Origin: Trichodelitschia bisporula
Taxonomy: Eukaryota
Assembly (NCBI GenBank): GCA_010356995.1
Contig: ML996691.1
Span: 1,432,174 to 1,490,829, forward strand
Length of the DNA: 58,656 bases
Direction: 5' to 3'
Every line of letters starts with the position of its first letter. Position 1 is the first letter of the stretch. Shown here one piece after another: positions 49,006-58,656 of the stretch. Both the position numbers and the translations under genes were made by a program. Below the pieces are notes generated by a model. That model saw nothing but the letters and a program-made list of their open reading frames with translations. It had not been told where the DNA came from and searched no databases.

Positions 49006-50901
49006 ATGGTCATCTTCAAGTCCCGGATGCCCGATATACTCCGTAGGTGATGCGGAGGAGCCGCAAGACCGAGACGGAGCTGACGCGAGTAGTGCCGACA
49101 GAGCTCACCGTCTGGGACTGGGTGTTCGACAGTGCCTTCTCGCCGCTCCAGCGGTTCCCAGAGGGCGAGCTTCGCGGATACCAGAATGCCGTAACAAAGG
49201 AGCGAGTCAACTGGGCCCAGGTCAAGGAGTACTCGACGTACATCAGCACGGCACTGGTGCGGCGATATGGACTGAAGGAAGGAGAGACGGTGTCGCTGTT
49301 CAGCCAAAACTCTATATGGTACCCCGTCGTTATGCTAGGCGCGCTGCGCGCCGGTGAGTGCCATATGTTGCGTTATGGGGCTCGGCTGATGTTTCAGGCG
49401 CAAAAATATCGGGCGCGTCACCGGCGTACAACGTTGATGAGATGGCCTACGCCCTCAAGACGGCCGACGCCAAGTTTCTGATGACCTCACCGGTGTCCAT
49501 GGAGGTTGCGACCGGTGCGGCAAAGAAGGCCGGCGTCCCACTGACGAACTTGTTCCTCCTCGAGGGGACGCTGGAGGGGTACTTGACAGTGCACGAACTC
49601 ATTGAGATCGGCCGCAGTTACGGCCCGTCCGGGCAAGTGCCGGCGTATAAGATTCCGGCAGGGAAGAAGAACAAGGACGTGTGCGGTTTCCTATCGTTCA
49701 GCTCCGGAACGACTGGGCTGCCTAAAGCAGTAAGTGCATACGATTATTGCGGAATGTTGCTAAGAAACAGGTTATGATCTCTCACCAAAACGTTATTGCC
49801 CAGTGCCTGCAGGTGCAGCAGTGCACTCCGCCCGAGACGGATAAAGTCCTCGCGGTGCTACCGCTCTTTCACAGTGAGTTGCATTGACATGAGCCGCCTG
49901 CAGTCGCTTACCCGGCAGTTACCGGTCTTGTGCACCAGTTGCATCTGCCAATTCTCATAAATGCTGAAGTGCTTATGACGCCGACGTTCACCATGCCGCT
50001 CATGCTGTCTGTGATCCAAGAGTACAAGCTCAAGGAACTGCTGCTCGTGCCGCCGATTCTGATTCGGCTAGTACGCGATGCGGTCGTCAGCCAGTACGAT
50101 ACGTCGTCGATCCGCCGCTTCTCATCGGGTGCCGCGCCGCTGTCCCAGGAAGTGATTGAACTCATGGCTCAGAAGTTCCCCGCCAGTGCCACGGGCACGC
50201 CGTACGGACAGACGGGGCTGAAGCAAGGGTACGGCATGACCGAGTCATGCTCATGCATCACTGCATTTCCGCTGCACCGCGTTACCGGGTACAAGTACGG
50301 AAACTCGGTGGGTGAGGCGGTGGCAAACACCGAGATCAAGATTCTGAAGGAGGACGGATCCGAGGGCGACGTTGGGGAGGCGGGTGAAATCCTGGCGCGC
50401 GGCCCGCAGATCACCATGGGCTACCTAGGCAACGAGAAGGCCACGAAGGAGACGTACGAGCCGGACGGCTGGCTGCACACGGGCGATCAAGGCATGATTG
50501 ACCCCGACGGCATGGTGTGGATTCTGGACCGCATAAAGGAGATGATTAAGGTCAAGGGCACGCAGGTCGCGCCCGCAGAGCTGGAGGACCTACTGCTAGG
50601 GCATCCCAAGGTCGAGGACTGCGCCGTGCTCGGCATGCCCGACGACTACGCCGGCGAGCTGCCCAAGGCATACGTCGTGCTCAAGGCGGGTGTGCCACGG
50701 GGTGTTGCCGTCGGCCGTGAGCTGATCCAGTACGTGAAGGAGAAAAAGGTGCGCTACAAGTGGATCAAGGAGGTGGAGATTGTCGACGAGATTCCGAAGA
50801 GTGCATCCGGCAAGATTCTGCGGCGCATTCTGCGCGACACAGCGGGCGTCGCGGACAATGTGCGGGTACGGGACGCGGTGGGAGAGAAGGCGATGCTGTA
50901 A
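49006..50901 (+). CDS. 4-coumarate-CoA-ligase-like acyl-CoA synthetase (ANL superfamily)
   Basis: FSSGTTGLPKA, LPLFH, QGYGMTES, WLHTGD, DRIKEMIKVKG.QVAPAELE, IPKSASGKILRR; C-terminus EKAML*; four short introns. Confidence 0.93.
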
Positions 50902-52859
50902 ATTAGGTGAGGTGAGTGGGAGTGGTGGTGCTGGTGGTGCTGGTGCTGGTAGATGGTTGAGATGTCAACGGAGAGGAGTGGCATTCAGTGACATTCTCGC
51001 ATGGATCCGATACTGATGAGGGATGAAGTAGTGGATGTACCTTGTAGACAATATTTTTGTAACTTGCAATGTACATCTCGAGCGATCTCAACGTTGCTTT
51101 AGTGTCGAGATGGAAAACTGGTGGAGATGACGATGAGCCACGTGGCGGGCGTGTCGTCTGTTGCGGCGCGTATCGCGGCTTTGTGACGTTGTTTAGCTGT
51201 TGTTCGACCACATCTCAACCAAGCACTTTCTCCCTCGCTCTTTGATGCCCCAACCGTTCGCATATTCCGACAATGATCCACACCATCCACTGCAATCCAA
51301 CGGTCACCGCCTTCTGCGCTGCGCGATTGGCTGACTCGAGTAGGGCATACGGCATTGCTCCGTCGGAGAATTGGTTCAATACCTCTGGCCACATGGTAGG
51401 ATCAGGGAGCAAAGCCCTCCCTGGAACAGCACTCCCACATGTCTGTCGATCACTGTGAGGTCTGGTGGATGTACGATTTCAGAACGAGTCCAAGGGTTGA
51501 TCCTCCGTAAAGCAATGGCGACCAGTGATCGAAAGACATGGCCGCGAGATTTCCAGAGCAGGACAAGGTGCGAAGCCGCGCGAACCGAGCGAGCGTGCGC
51601 GAGCTGCACGATGATCATCAACAACATGAATGCCAACCAGGGCGCAAATTGACTCCCGGTGAGCCTTCGACCGACGATGCGCTGAGCGGGCAGTGAACGA
51701 CGCGCTCTTGCCTGTCGCATCTCACATCTCGCATCTTCGGGAGGTTTCGGGACGCAATGCCGGCAAGCGGTGCTGCTGCAGTCCACCGCTCATGCAGCAG
51801 CCTCCCGGTCGCGGACTCGAGCAAAGACGTTTCACCCATGACTCGGCCATAACAGCAATATAGTCAGAGGCCAGGTCTTATCGCTGTCGACGCCGCCGGG
51901 CCATATAACCGAGGCCACTGCGCACCTTGCGGAGGCGAAGAACGGAGACAAAGCAGCGGGGCCAGACTGTCGGGCCTTCTTGGGCTTGCAGCCTTCACGT
52001 TCTCACATGCAAGGCGCATCCTCGAAGCAATGCCATCCTAGACCAGAGCATCCCAGCGTGCAGCGCCGCGCGCAAAACATCATACACTTTTTTTTGTCGT
52101 CCGGTGTTGCTAGGGCCGCCGCTCTCCATTCCCCCAATCCCCTCGCCATTGCAATGTTCACAACCCCGCTCACCCTCACCCTCCCCCCGGTTACGCGCGA
52201 CTCGACAGTGGATAAAAGTCTTTGTGCCACCCGTCTGTGCTTGAGCGACGCAGCAGCTCTGAGCTGGGCGCCCCGCAGATAAGCGTGTTTGATTGATACG
52301 CCGCGGCCATCTTTGGGGCCGGCATATAAGTGCTGGCCGCCGTTGACTCTTGGGATGAGGCAAGTCTGACTTGTTGACTGGCGGACACGACTGTGGCTGC
52401 CAATTGAAAGCGACAAGCAACACTGGCAACTTCACTCAGGCCGACGACGACCGGTGACTGCACCTTCTGAGCATAGTGTTCTGCTGTTAGCAAGCACCAC
52501 CCAGCACCGCCGTCCACAACACCAACACCTTCATCTACGGGAGAATAATAACCACCATTCACAGTCCATTCCGTGACTTGTTTGCCACGGCCGTCCACAA
52601 AACCGCTCGCAAAACCGCCCCCGAGACTTCCCCACCCTCGAAGACAACATCCTCACAACATCATCCTCCATTGTCAACCACGAATTCGCATACAGGATCT
52701 TATCCGTCGCCTCCAGGATCTTGTCTGTTGTCTACAGCACTGTGTCCGAACCGCGTCCATTGTGATACATCATTACAGCCACACAGTCGAGCTTCACTAC
52801 ACCTACCCCAGGGAGCATATAAATCGTGCTCACCTCTTGTTTCCACCAAAATCTTACCA

Positions 52860-53864
52860 ATGTCTCACTTTACAACTCCTGGCCTGTCCTCGGGCAGCTC
52901 GCCTCGTCTGGATACGCCCGCCAGCTCTGTTTCCGCCGTGTCCACCAGCAGCCTCCCTCGTCTTCACTCGGCGCTCATGTCGTGCCTCCTTGAGCGCATG
53001 GACCTGGACGACATCTGCGCCACCCTCGTCAAAGTCGCTCGCGAGGCCGGGGAGATGATCTTGCTTGCCGACCCGTCGGTGGACACCTCGCTCACGAAGA
53101 AGAACACCTCAGACCGCGTCACTGCCACCGACCGCGCTGTGGAGAACATGGCGCGCCAGCGCCTGATGGATCAGTACCCCGACTTTGAATTTCTCGGCGA
53201 AGAGACGTTCAAAGTCGGTCAGGAGCTCACGGATGCACCCACCTTTGTGGTCGACCCCATCGATGGAACTCTCAACTTCATTCATGGCTTCCCAAACACA
53301 GCCATCTCGCTCGCCTTGACCGTCGCAAAGCAGCCCGTAGTCGGGATTGTGTACAACCCCTTTAGGAAAGACCTCTTCTCGGCCATCTACGGCCGCGGTG
53401 CCACCCTCGAGCGCGCCAACGGGACGACAGCGACGCTGCCGCTGCGCCGCAACCCGGCGCCGCTGAGCGGGCTGAACGACTGCCTGGTCGCCATCGAGTG
53501 GGGCAGCGAACGCAAGGGGCCGAACTGGGAGCTCCGCACCTCCGTCTCGAAGAAGTTGCTGAGCGCCGACGGCGCCATGGTGCACTCGGTGCGCTCGTCT
53601 GGCTCAGCCGCCCTCGACTTCTGCTACGTTGCCGCGGGGTGGATGGATGTATTCTGGGAGGGCGGGTGCTGGATCTGGGACGTCGCCGCCGGGTGGCTCA
53701 TCCTGGAGGAGGCCGGCGGGCTCGTTGCTGGCGCCAATCCTGGGGAGTGGACCCCGACTCTTGAGGGTCGGAGCTATCTCGGCGTGCGGGGTGCGGCCGC
53801 CGGACAGCGCGTCGTCGTTGAGCAGCTCTGGGGACACATGAACGGGCAGAAATTCCGCTTCTGA
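52860..53864 (+). CDS. Inositol monophosphatase family protein (QutG/Qa-x-like)
   Basis: FLGEE, VVDPIDGTLNFIHG, GSAALDFCYVAAG, WEGGCWIWDVAAG; TATAAA at 52818-52823 supports ATG 52860 (alternative start 52997). Confidence 0.92.
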   Translation: MSHFTTPGLSSGSSPRLDTPASSVSAVSTSSLPRLHSALMSCLLERMDLDDICATLVKVAREAGEMILLADPSVDTSLTKKNTSDRVTATDRAVENMARQRLMDQYPDFEFLGEETFKVGQELTDAPTFVVDPIDGTLNFIHGFPNTAISLALTVAKQPVVGIVYNPFRKDLFSAIYGRGATLERANGTTATLPLRRNPAPLSGLNDCLVAIEWGSERKGPNWELRTSVSKKLLSADGAMVHSVRSSGSAALDFCYVAAGWMDVFWEGGCWIWDVAAGWLILEEAGGLVAGANPGEWTPTLEGRSYLGVRGAAAGQRVVVEQLWGHMNGQKFRF

Positions 53865-54379
53865 TCGGGAACCAACGGATGACTTCTGAATGGATAATGT
53901 GTGGTGGATGAAAGGACGGCGTTTGGGCGCAGAGAAACGATACCTTAGATCTAGAATGGATACTGGCGCAATGGAACTGCTGATACGATAACAAGACGGC
54001 TACCTCTTAAGTGACGAAGTGACTTTTTGAAACGGGTGAAGTTGGTGAAGTTAATGAAACTGGCGCCGAGCTGTTGCAGCTAACATAATACCGTCGTGAA
54101 GCTAGGCATTGCGCATGGAGTGCTGTCGCTAGGGCATACGATGATTGGACAATTGCATTGCGACGACCCCGCTCTCGGCTGCCTGAGTTTTCATTAGTGC
54201 CCGAGGCAGAGATCACGTCAGTGTCGCGTCTTGCAGCCGCGGGGTCTCAACTTCGAACACTTTGTCCACAATACCGTACACTTCACGTAACTTGCTGTAC
54301 AACCCCCCGCTCCATTCTCCGCGTCGGCAATTTGTCCGCTCTGCACTCTGTCGCTCACTGCACACGTTACTCGCCCAGG

Positions 54380-55281
54380 ATGTCCGCCTCCATGCTTCCC
54401 CGTACCTTCGCTCGTCGCGCGATGCTCGCCGGAGCTGCTCGTCCGCTCGTGAGATCATCACCCCTCCGGCTCGCGCTGCGAGGTGCAGTACCTAGGAACA
54501 GCCACTGCTTTTCTGCAGGCAGGCCGGAGCAGCCCAGGCTGCGATTGGGTACCGTTGGTACGTTCGCGGCTGCGCAAGTTTCGTCCACACTTGTAGTCTC
54601 TTCTAGTCGCAGACGCTGACAGCACGCAGCGCCAAACTTCACCGCGAAGACGACACAGGGCGATATTGACTTCCACAAGTTCATTGGAGATAGCTGGGCC
54701 GTGCTTTTCTCCCATCCGGCCGACTACACACCCGTCTGCACGACGGAGCTGGGCGCCTTTGCGAAGTTGAAGGGGGAGTTTGAGAAGCGCGGTGTGAAGA
54801 TGATTGGCCTGGTAAGTCGGCTTCTCTCTTGAAGCTCCGCTAACGACTGTAGTCTGCCGACGACCTGGGCTCGCACGAGGGCTGGATCCGCGATATCAAG
54901 GATGTCACCTCCGGTGACGTACACTTCCCCATCATCGCCGACGCCGACCGCAAGGTCGCCTGGCTATACGACATGGTCACTGCTGATGACGCCGCAAAGC
55001 CGGACATTGCTTTTACCATCCGCAGCGTTTTTATCATTGACCCGGCCAAGAAGATCCGCCTCATCATGCTTTACCCGGCCTCGACCGGCCGCAACTCGGC
55101 CGAGGTGCTGCGCGTCATCGACAGCTTGCAGACTGGCGATGCAAAGGGTGTGGCGACCCCCATCGACTGGCTGCCCGGCGGCGACGTGATTGTGCCGCCG
55201 AGCGTGTCGACGCCTGACGCGCGCAAGAAGTTTGGCGACGTGCGTGAGGAAAAGCCGTATCTGCGGTGGACGCGGGTTTAG
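54380..55281 (+). CDS. PRX1: Mitochondrial 1-Cys peroxiredoxin
   Basis: Arg-rich presequence; EQPRLRLG, LFSHPADYTPVCTTELG, FTIRSVFIIDPAKKIRL, YPASTGRN, KPYLR; two introns. Confidence 0.94.
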
Positions 55282-55629
55282 GAAGTTCTAAACGCTGACA
55301 ATACTCATGCTCCTTTTAAGTAGATGATGGTGGGTCTGAGTAGCTACGGAAAATGTATCGCAAGCCGAGCTCATCTGGATGGCTCAGGCGACGTGTTTTT
55401 TGTGGATCACAATGTAGACTTCTACGTGTATTTGTACTGGACTTGGGTAGTAAACTGGCCACTTCTGCCCGGAGTCGCGGCTAGCGGTAGCTATAGCTTT
55501 ATGGCTAAGGGATTACATTCTCTTGTCGCGGTCATTGCAAGTGTGCACAAAGCTCTGGATGCAGATGGATGATTGTAAATATCAGATGCAGAGGAAAGAA
55601 AGGAAGAGGATGGCAAAGCCAAACACAAC

Positions 55630-56205
55630 CACGGTGTGGGGGTGTGGGGCTAAGCGAGGCGCTAGCCCGCACTAGCCACACAGCCACAGCCACAGTGGTG
55701 GTGCAAGCGACCCTGACGATCAGTCATGGCCTTAGGCATCCTACCGACCATGAGCCATGACAATTCTCTTGCCGCGATTGAGGTTATGTACAATCAGTTA
55801 CCTTATATTATATACGAATACGCAGCCACCCATATTCGGAGCCAGAAGTAACCCTACGGGATGTCACGGTATGACACCCGGTTCTGCAGCTCCATGGGCT
55901 CGCACCATCACCGGGTTTATGTTGTCACGGTGCCAGCGAAGAGCGGTGCAAAAACCATGGATTGCTTCGAGACGATGATAAAGAGTTGGAGAAGTAATCT
56001 ACAGGAATGGGTGTGCAAAAGCATAACCGCAGTGTGGGGGCTTGGCGCCAGTCACATGACTGCGCTAGTCCCCATACGTCACCTCGGTACTGTGCTGCCA
56101 CCCAGACCACATCATGGCCTGAGGCATCACACCGTGTATGGCCAGAGCCATGACATATGTGGGGCTTGGCGCTGTGCCAAGCCGCCACACCCACACTCAC
56201 ACACC
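55630..56205. mobile_element. Possible degenerate non-autonomous DNA transposon (MITE-like) relic or old duplication
   Basis: Imperfect terminal inverted repeats GGTGTGGGGGTGTGGGGCT ... AGCCGCCACACCCACACTCACACACC; internal direct homology at about 390-bp offset; no transposase. Confidence 0.35.
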
Positions 56206-56781
56206 AGGCATACTTACCCGCAGTCCCTGACATCTTTGCTCCGTAGCTTTACAATCTACGTCTTACTGTTGAAAGGTGATGCGTGATCAATGGAAACATC
56301 ACTGCATCACAAGTTGACCGGAGGTCTGTTCATGAACGAGTTGCTTGATTGACTAGCTGTCAGGGGCGTGCAAAAGTGTGGAAGTCACGATGGGTATGGT
56401 GCAGGCATGAACAAGTTACTTCCACAAAGATCTATCTGAAGAGCGAGCCGCCAGACTCTTGAGCAGATCGCGCTGCCGTCTGCCTAAGGCACGGCGGGGT
56501 GCGGGAAGGCTGGCGTGAAGTGGGGGAAGATCGCGGGGAGCCAATGAGGTTAAGGCCCGGCATTGGTCTCCCACGACACAATTGGCTGAGCCTGCATTGC
56601 TGCCCAAATCTTGCTGCGTTGTCCAGGTCAGCTACAGGGGATGTGAGGCTGAGCCGCGGGGTCGAAGACAGGATCCCCCGATCCAAAACCCCTTCCATCT
56701 CCATACACTTCACCACTCCCAAATACATCAGGATTCATGCAAGCATCGTTTAGAGTCGCCAGAACCGTCCAGGATCACATT

Positions 56782-58656
56782 ATGGTTCGTCAACTTCAAC
56801 GCAAAGACTACACAGTGGGATGGATATGCGCACTCGCTCTTGAATTTGCAGCAGCGGAAGACCTACTGGACACAGAGCATCCAAAGTTCCCGCAAGTCTC
56901 AGGCGAGCCCACCTTCCGATACAAAGTGGGTTGTATTGGTAGCCACAACATCGTCATCGCCTGTTTGCCTGCCGGCCGTACTGGAACGACCTCCGCGCTT
57001 TCGGTGGCGCAGCAAGTGAGATTGGTATTTACATCAATTCAATATATCCTGATGGTTGGCATTGGAGGCGGTGTACCCAACACAAAGAACAATCTGAGGC
57101 TCGGGGACGTTGTTTTCAGCCAACCTGACGGTGCTCATGGTGGAGTGGTGCAGTACGGATTTGGCAAAGACGTTCCGGGCGGGTTCCAACAGACCGGACA
57201 TCTCAGTGCCCCCCCCGAGTATCTTTTGAATACACTTCAGGAACTCAAAATTCGGCACAGAAAGAAAGAATTCGGTTTTCGTGGGCACCTTTCCAAGCTC
57301 ACGGAACCGGGCAGTCCATTCGCTCGCCCCGATGCCGCATCCGACGTCTTTTTTGAAGCTGCCTATAGCCACGTGGACTCAAATGACGCCGTTGGATGTG
57401 TTGAATGTGCTCAAGAGAAGCGAAGAAACCGGGATAGATGGCAGACCCGCACCGGGGACGTCCAGGTCCACTTTGGCACCATTGCATCAGACAATCGGCT
57501 CATGCGAGATGGCGAACGGCGGGACGAAATCAGCAAGAAACTTGGGGGTATTCTTTGCTTTGAGATGGAGGCAGCTGGGCTGATGAACCACTTCCCCTGT
57601 CTAGTAATTCGAGGGATCTCTGACTATTCCGACTCACACAAAAGTGATGATTGGCAGGCGTACGCGGCGGCAACAGCAGCATCCAGCGCGAAGGAGTTTC
57701 TGCTACTGATGCCGCCAGTTGCAAGTTAGTTGCATCCCGTTTCTTCCGCTCCGAGTTGCAATGCGAACGTCTCCCTGCTTTCGTCTCTGCTTTTGTCCTA
57801 GGGGAGGCAAACCTCTGTGTACCAAACGACAACGCTTGATGAGCCGGATGGAGCCCAACGCTGACAGCCTTATGCATAGACCTCCCACGTTATCGAACAC
57901 ACTTCAGCCTCGAAGGCGTTCCTGTAGTGAAAGAATTCGTTCAACGGCCGGCAGAGATGGTGCAACTTGAGAATGCACTGTTGCCACAACCGGACACCCA
58001 ACGCCGAAAGATACTTGCGCTCTGCGGACTCGGTGGAATTGGCAAGACACAGCTTGCCCTAGAGTTCGTCCGGAGGCACCGTGAAGAGTTCAGTTCTGTG
58101 TTCTGGCTGGCTGGAGACACAGCGGACAGCCTGAGACAGAGCATTGCGCGATGTGCAACCCGGATTCCGAAAGGCCAGATTTCGGAGGACAGCAGGCAGT
58201 ATGCACTCAGTGCCAGTGGCAATGTCGAAGCTGTGATCTCTGAAGTGTTGGGCTGGCTCGCTCAACCTGACAACACTAGCTGGCTCCTGGTGTTTGACAA
58301 CGTCGATCGAGAGTTTACGTGGCCCGACGTTCACGCATACGATATCCGAAAATACTTCCCCGGCGCCGACCATGGGTCAATTTTGATCACGACGCGCCTG
58401 ATGAGATTACAGCAGCTGGGAGAGTCGCAGCAATTGGGCAGGGTAGACAGAGCTCAGGCGCAGGCAATATTGGGGAGCTGGTACAAACATGGCTATGGTC
58501 AGAGGCTATTCACAGTCCGACGAAACTAGGAACTAACGGATGGTAGATGCTGTCGAAGGCGAGCGCTTGTTTGAAATGCTGGACGGTCTACCGTTGGCCA
58601 TTGCTCAGGCCGGAGCTTACCTGCAAGAGAGCGGGGTTGAACTCCAAAAGTATCTC
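56782..58656 (+). CDS. Fungal NLR (STAND) protein with PNP_UDP N-terminal domain and NB-ARC, truncated by the window end
   Basis: DYTVGWICAL..E..AA, LMVGIGGGVP, RLGDVV, FEMEAAG, IRGISDYSDSHK; intron 57725-57879; Walker A GLGGIGKT, Walker B WLLVFDNVD, GSILITTR; intron 58498-58546; LDGLPLAIAQAGAYL. Confidence 0.93.

Noticed and set aside
52578..52859. Non-AUG N-terminal extension of the inositol monophosphatase
   Set aside because: The frame is open but low-complexity, and TATAAA at 52818 suggests transcription starts just before ATG 52860.
39365..53864. The whole enzyme-rich block as a secondary-metabolite cluster
   Set aside because: No PKS, NRPS or terpene synthase and no pathway transcription factor or transporter. 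Only the carboxylase/ligase subset has linking evidence.

Overview
Gene-dense, GC-rich genomic DNA from a filamentous ascomycete (Pezizomycotina, inferred from gene content and GT..CTRAY..AG introns, mostly 42-50 nt). About 22 protein-coding genes and one intron-containing tRNA-Asn are supported. In order: NAF1, adenylate cyclase, a Cys-rich single-pass membrane protein, a stand-alone HeLo-like/STAND N-terminal domain protein, tRNA-Asn(GTT), alternative oxidase, an orphan repeat-rich RING-H2 protein, a divergent Pil1/Lsp1 homolog, ATM1, AIM24, a secreted carboxylesterase, a SET-domain protein with a signal-like N-terminus, RAD54, a membrane lectin-like protein, a Gre2-like reductase, a secreted alpha/beta hydrolase, a divergent carboxyltransferase/biotin-carboxylase pair, an FtsJ-like methyltransferase, a 4CL-like acyl-CoA ligase, inositol monophosphatase, 1-Cys peroxiredoxin, and the 5' part of a PNP-NB-ARC NLR gene. 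The best candidate for an undescribed system is a possible peroxisomal acyl-CoA activation/carboxylation cluster at 42.2-50.9 kb. Its biotin carboxylase ends in PTS1 AKL, its carboxyltransferase has a PTS2-like nonapeptide, its ligase ends in AML, and the shared promoter has a FarA-type CCTCGG site. Exon boundaries were read by eye. Family assignments rest on recognised motifs, not database searches.
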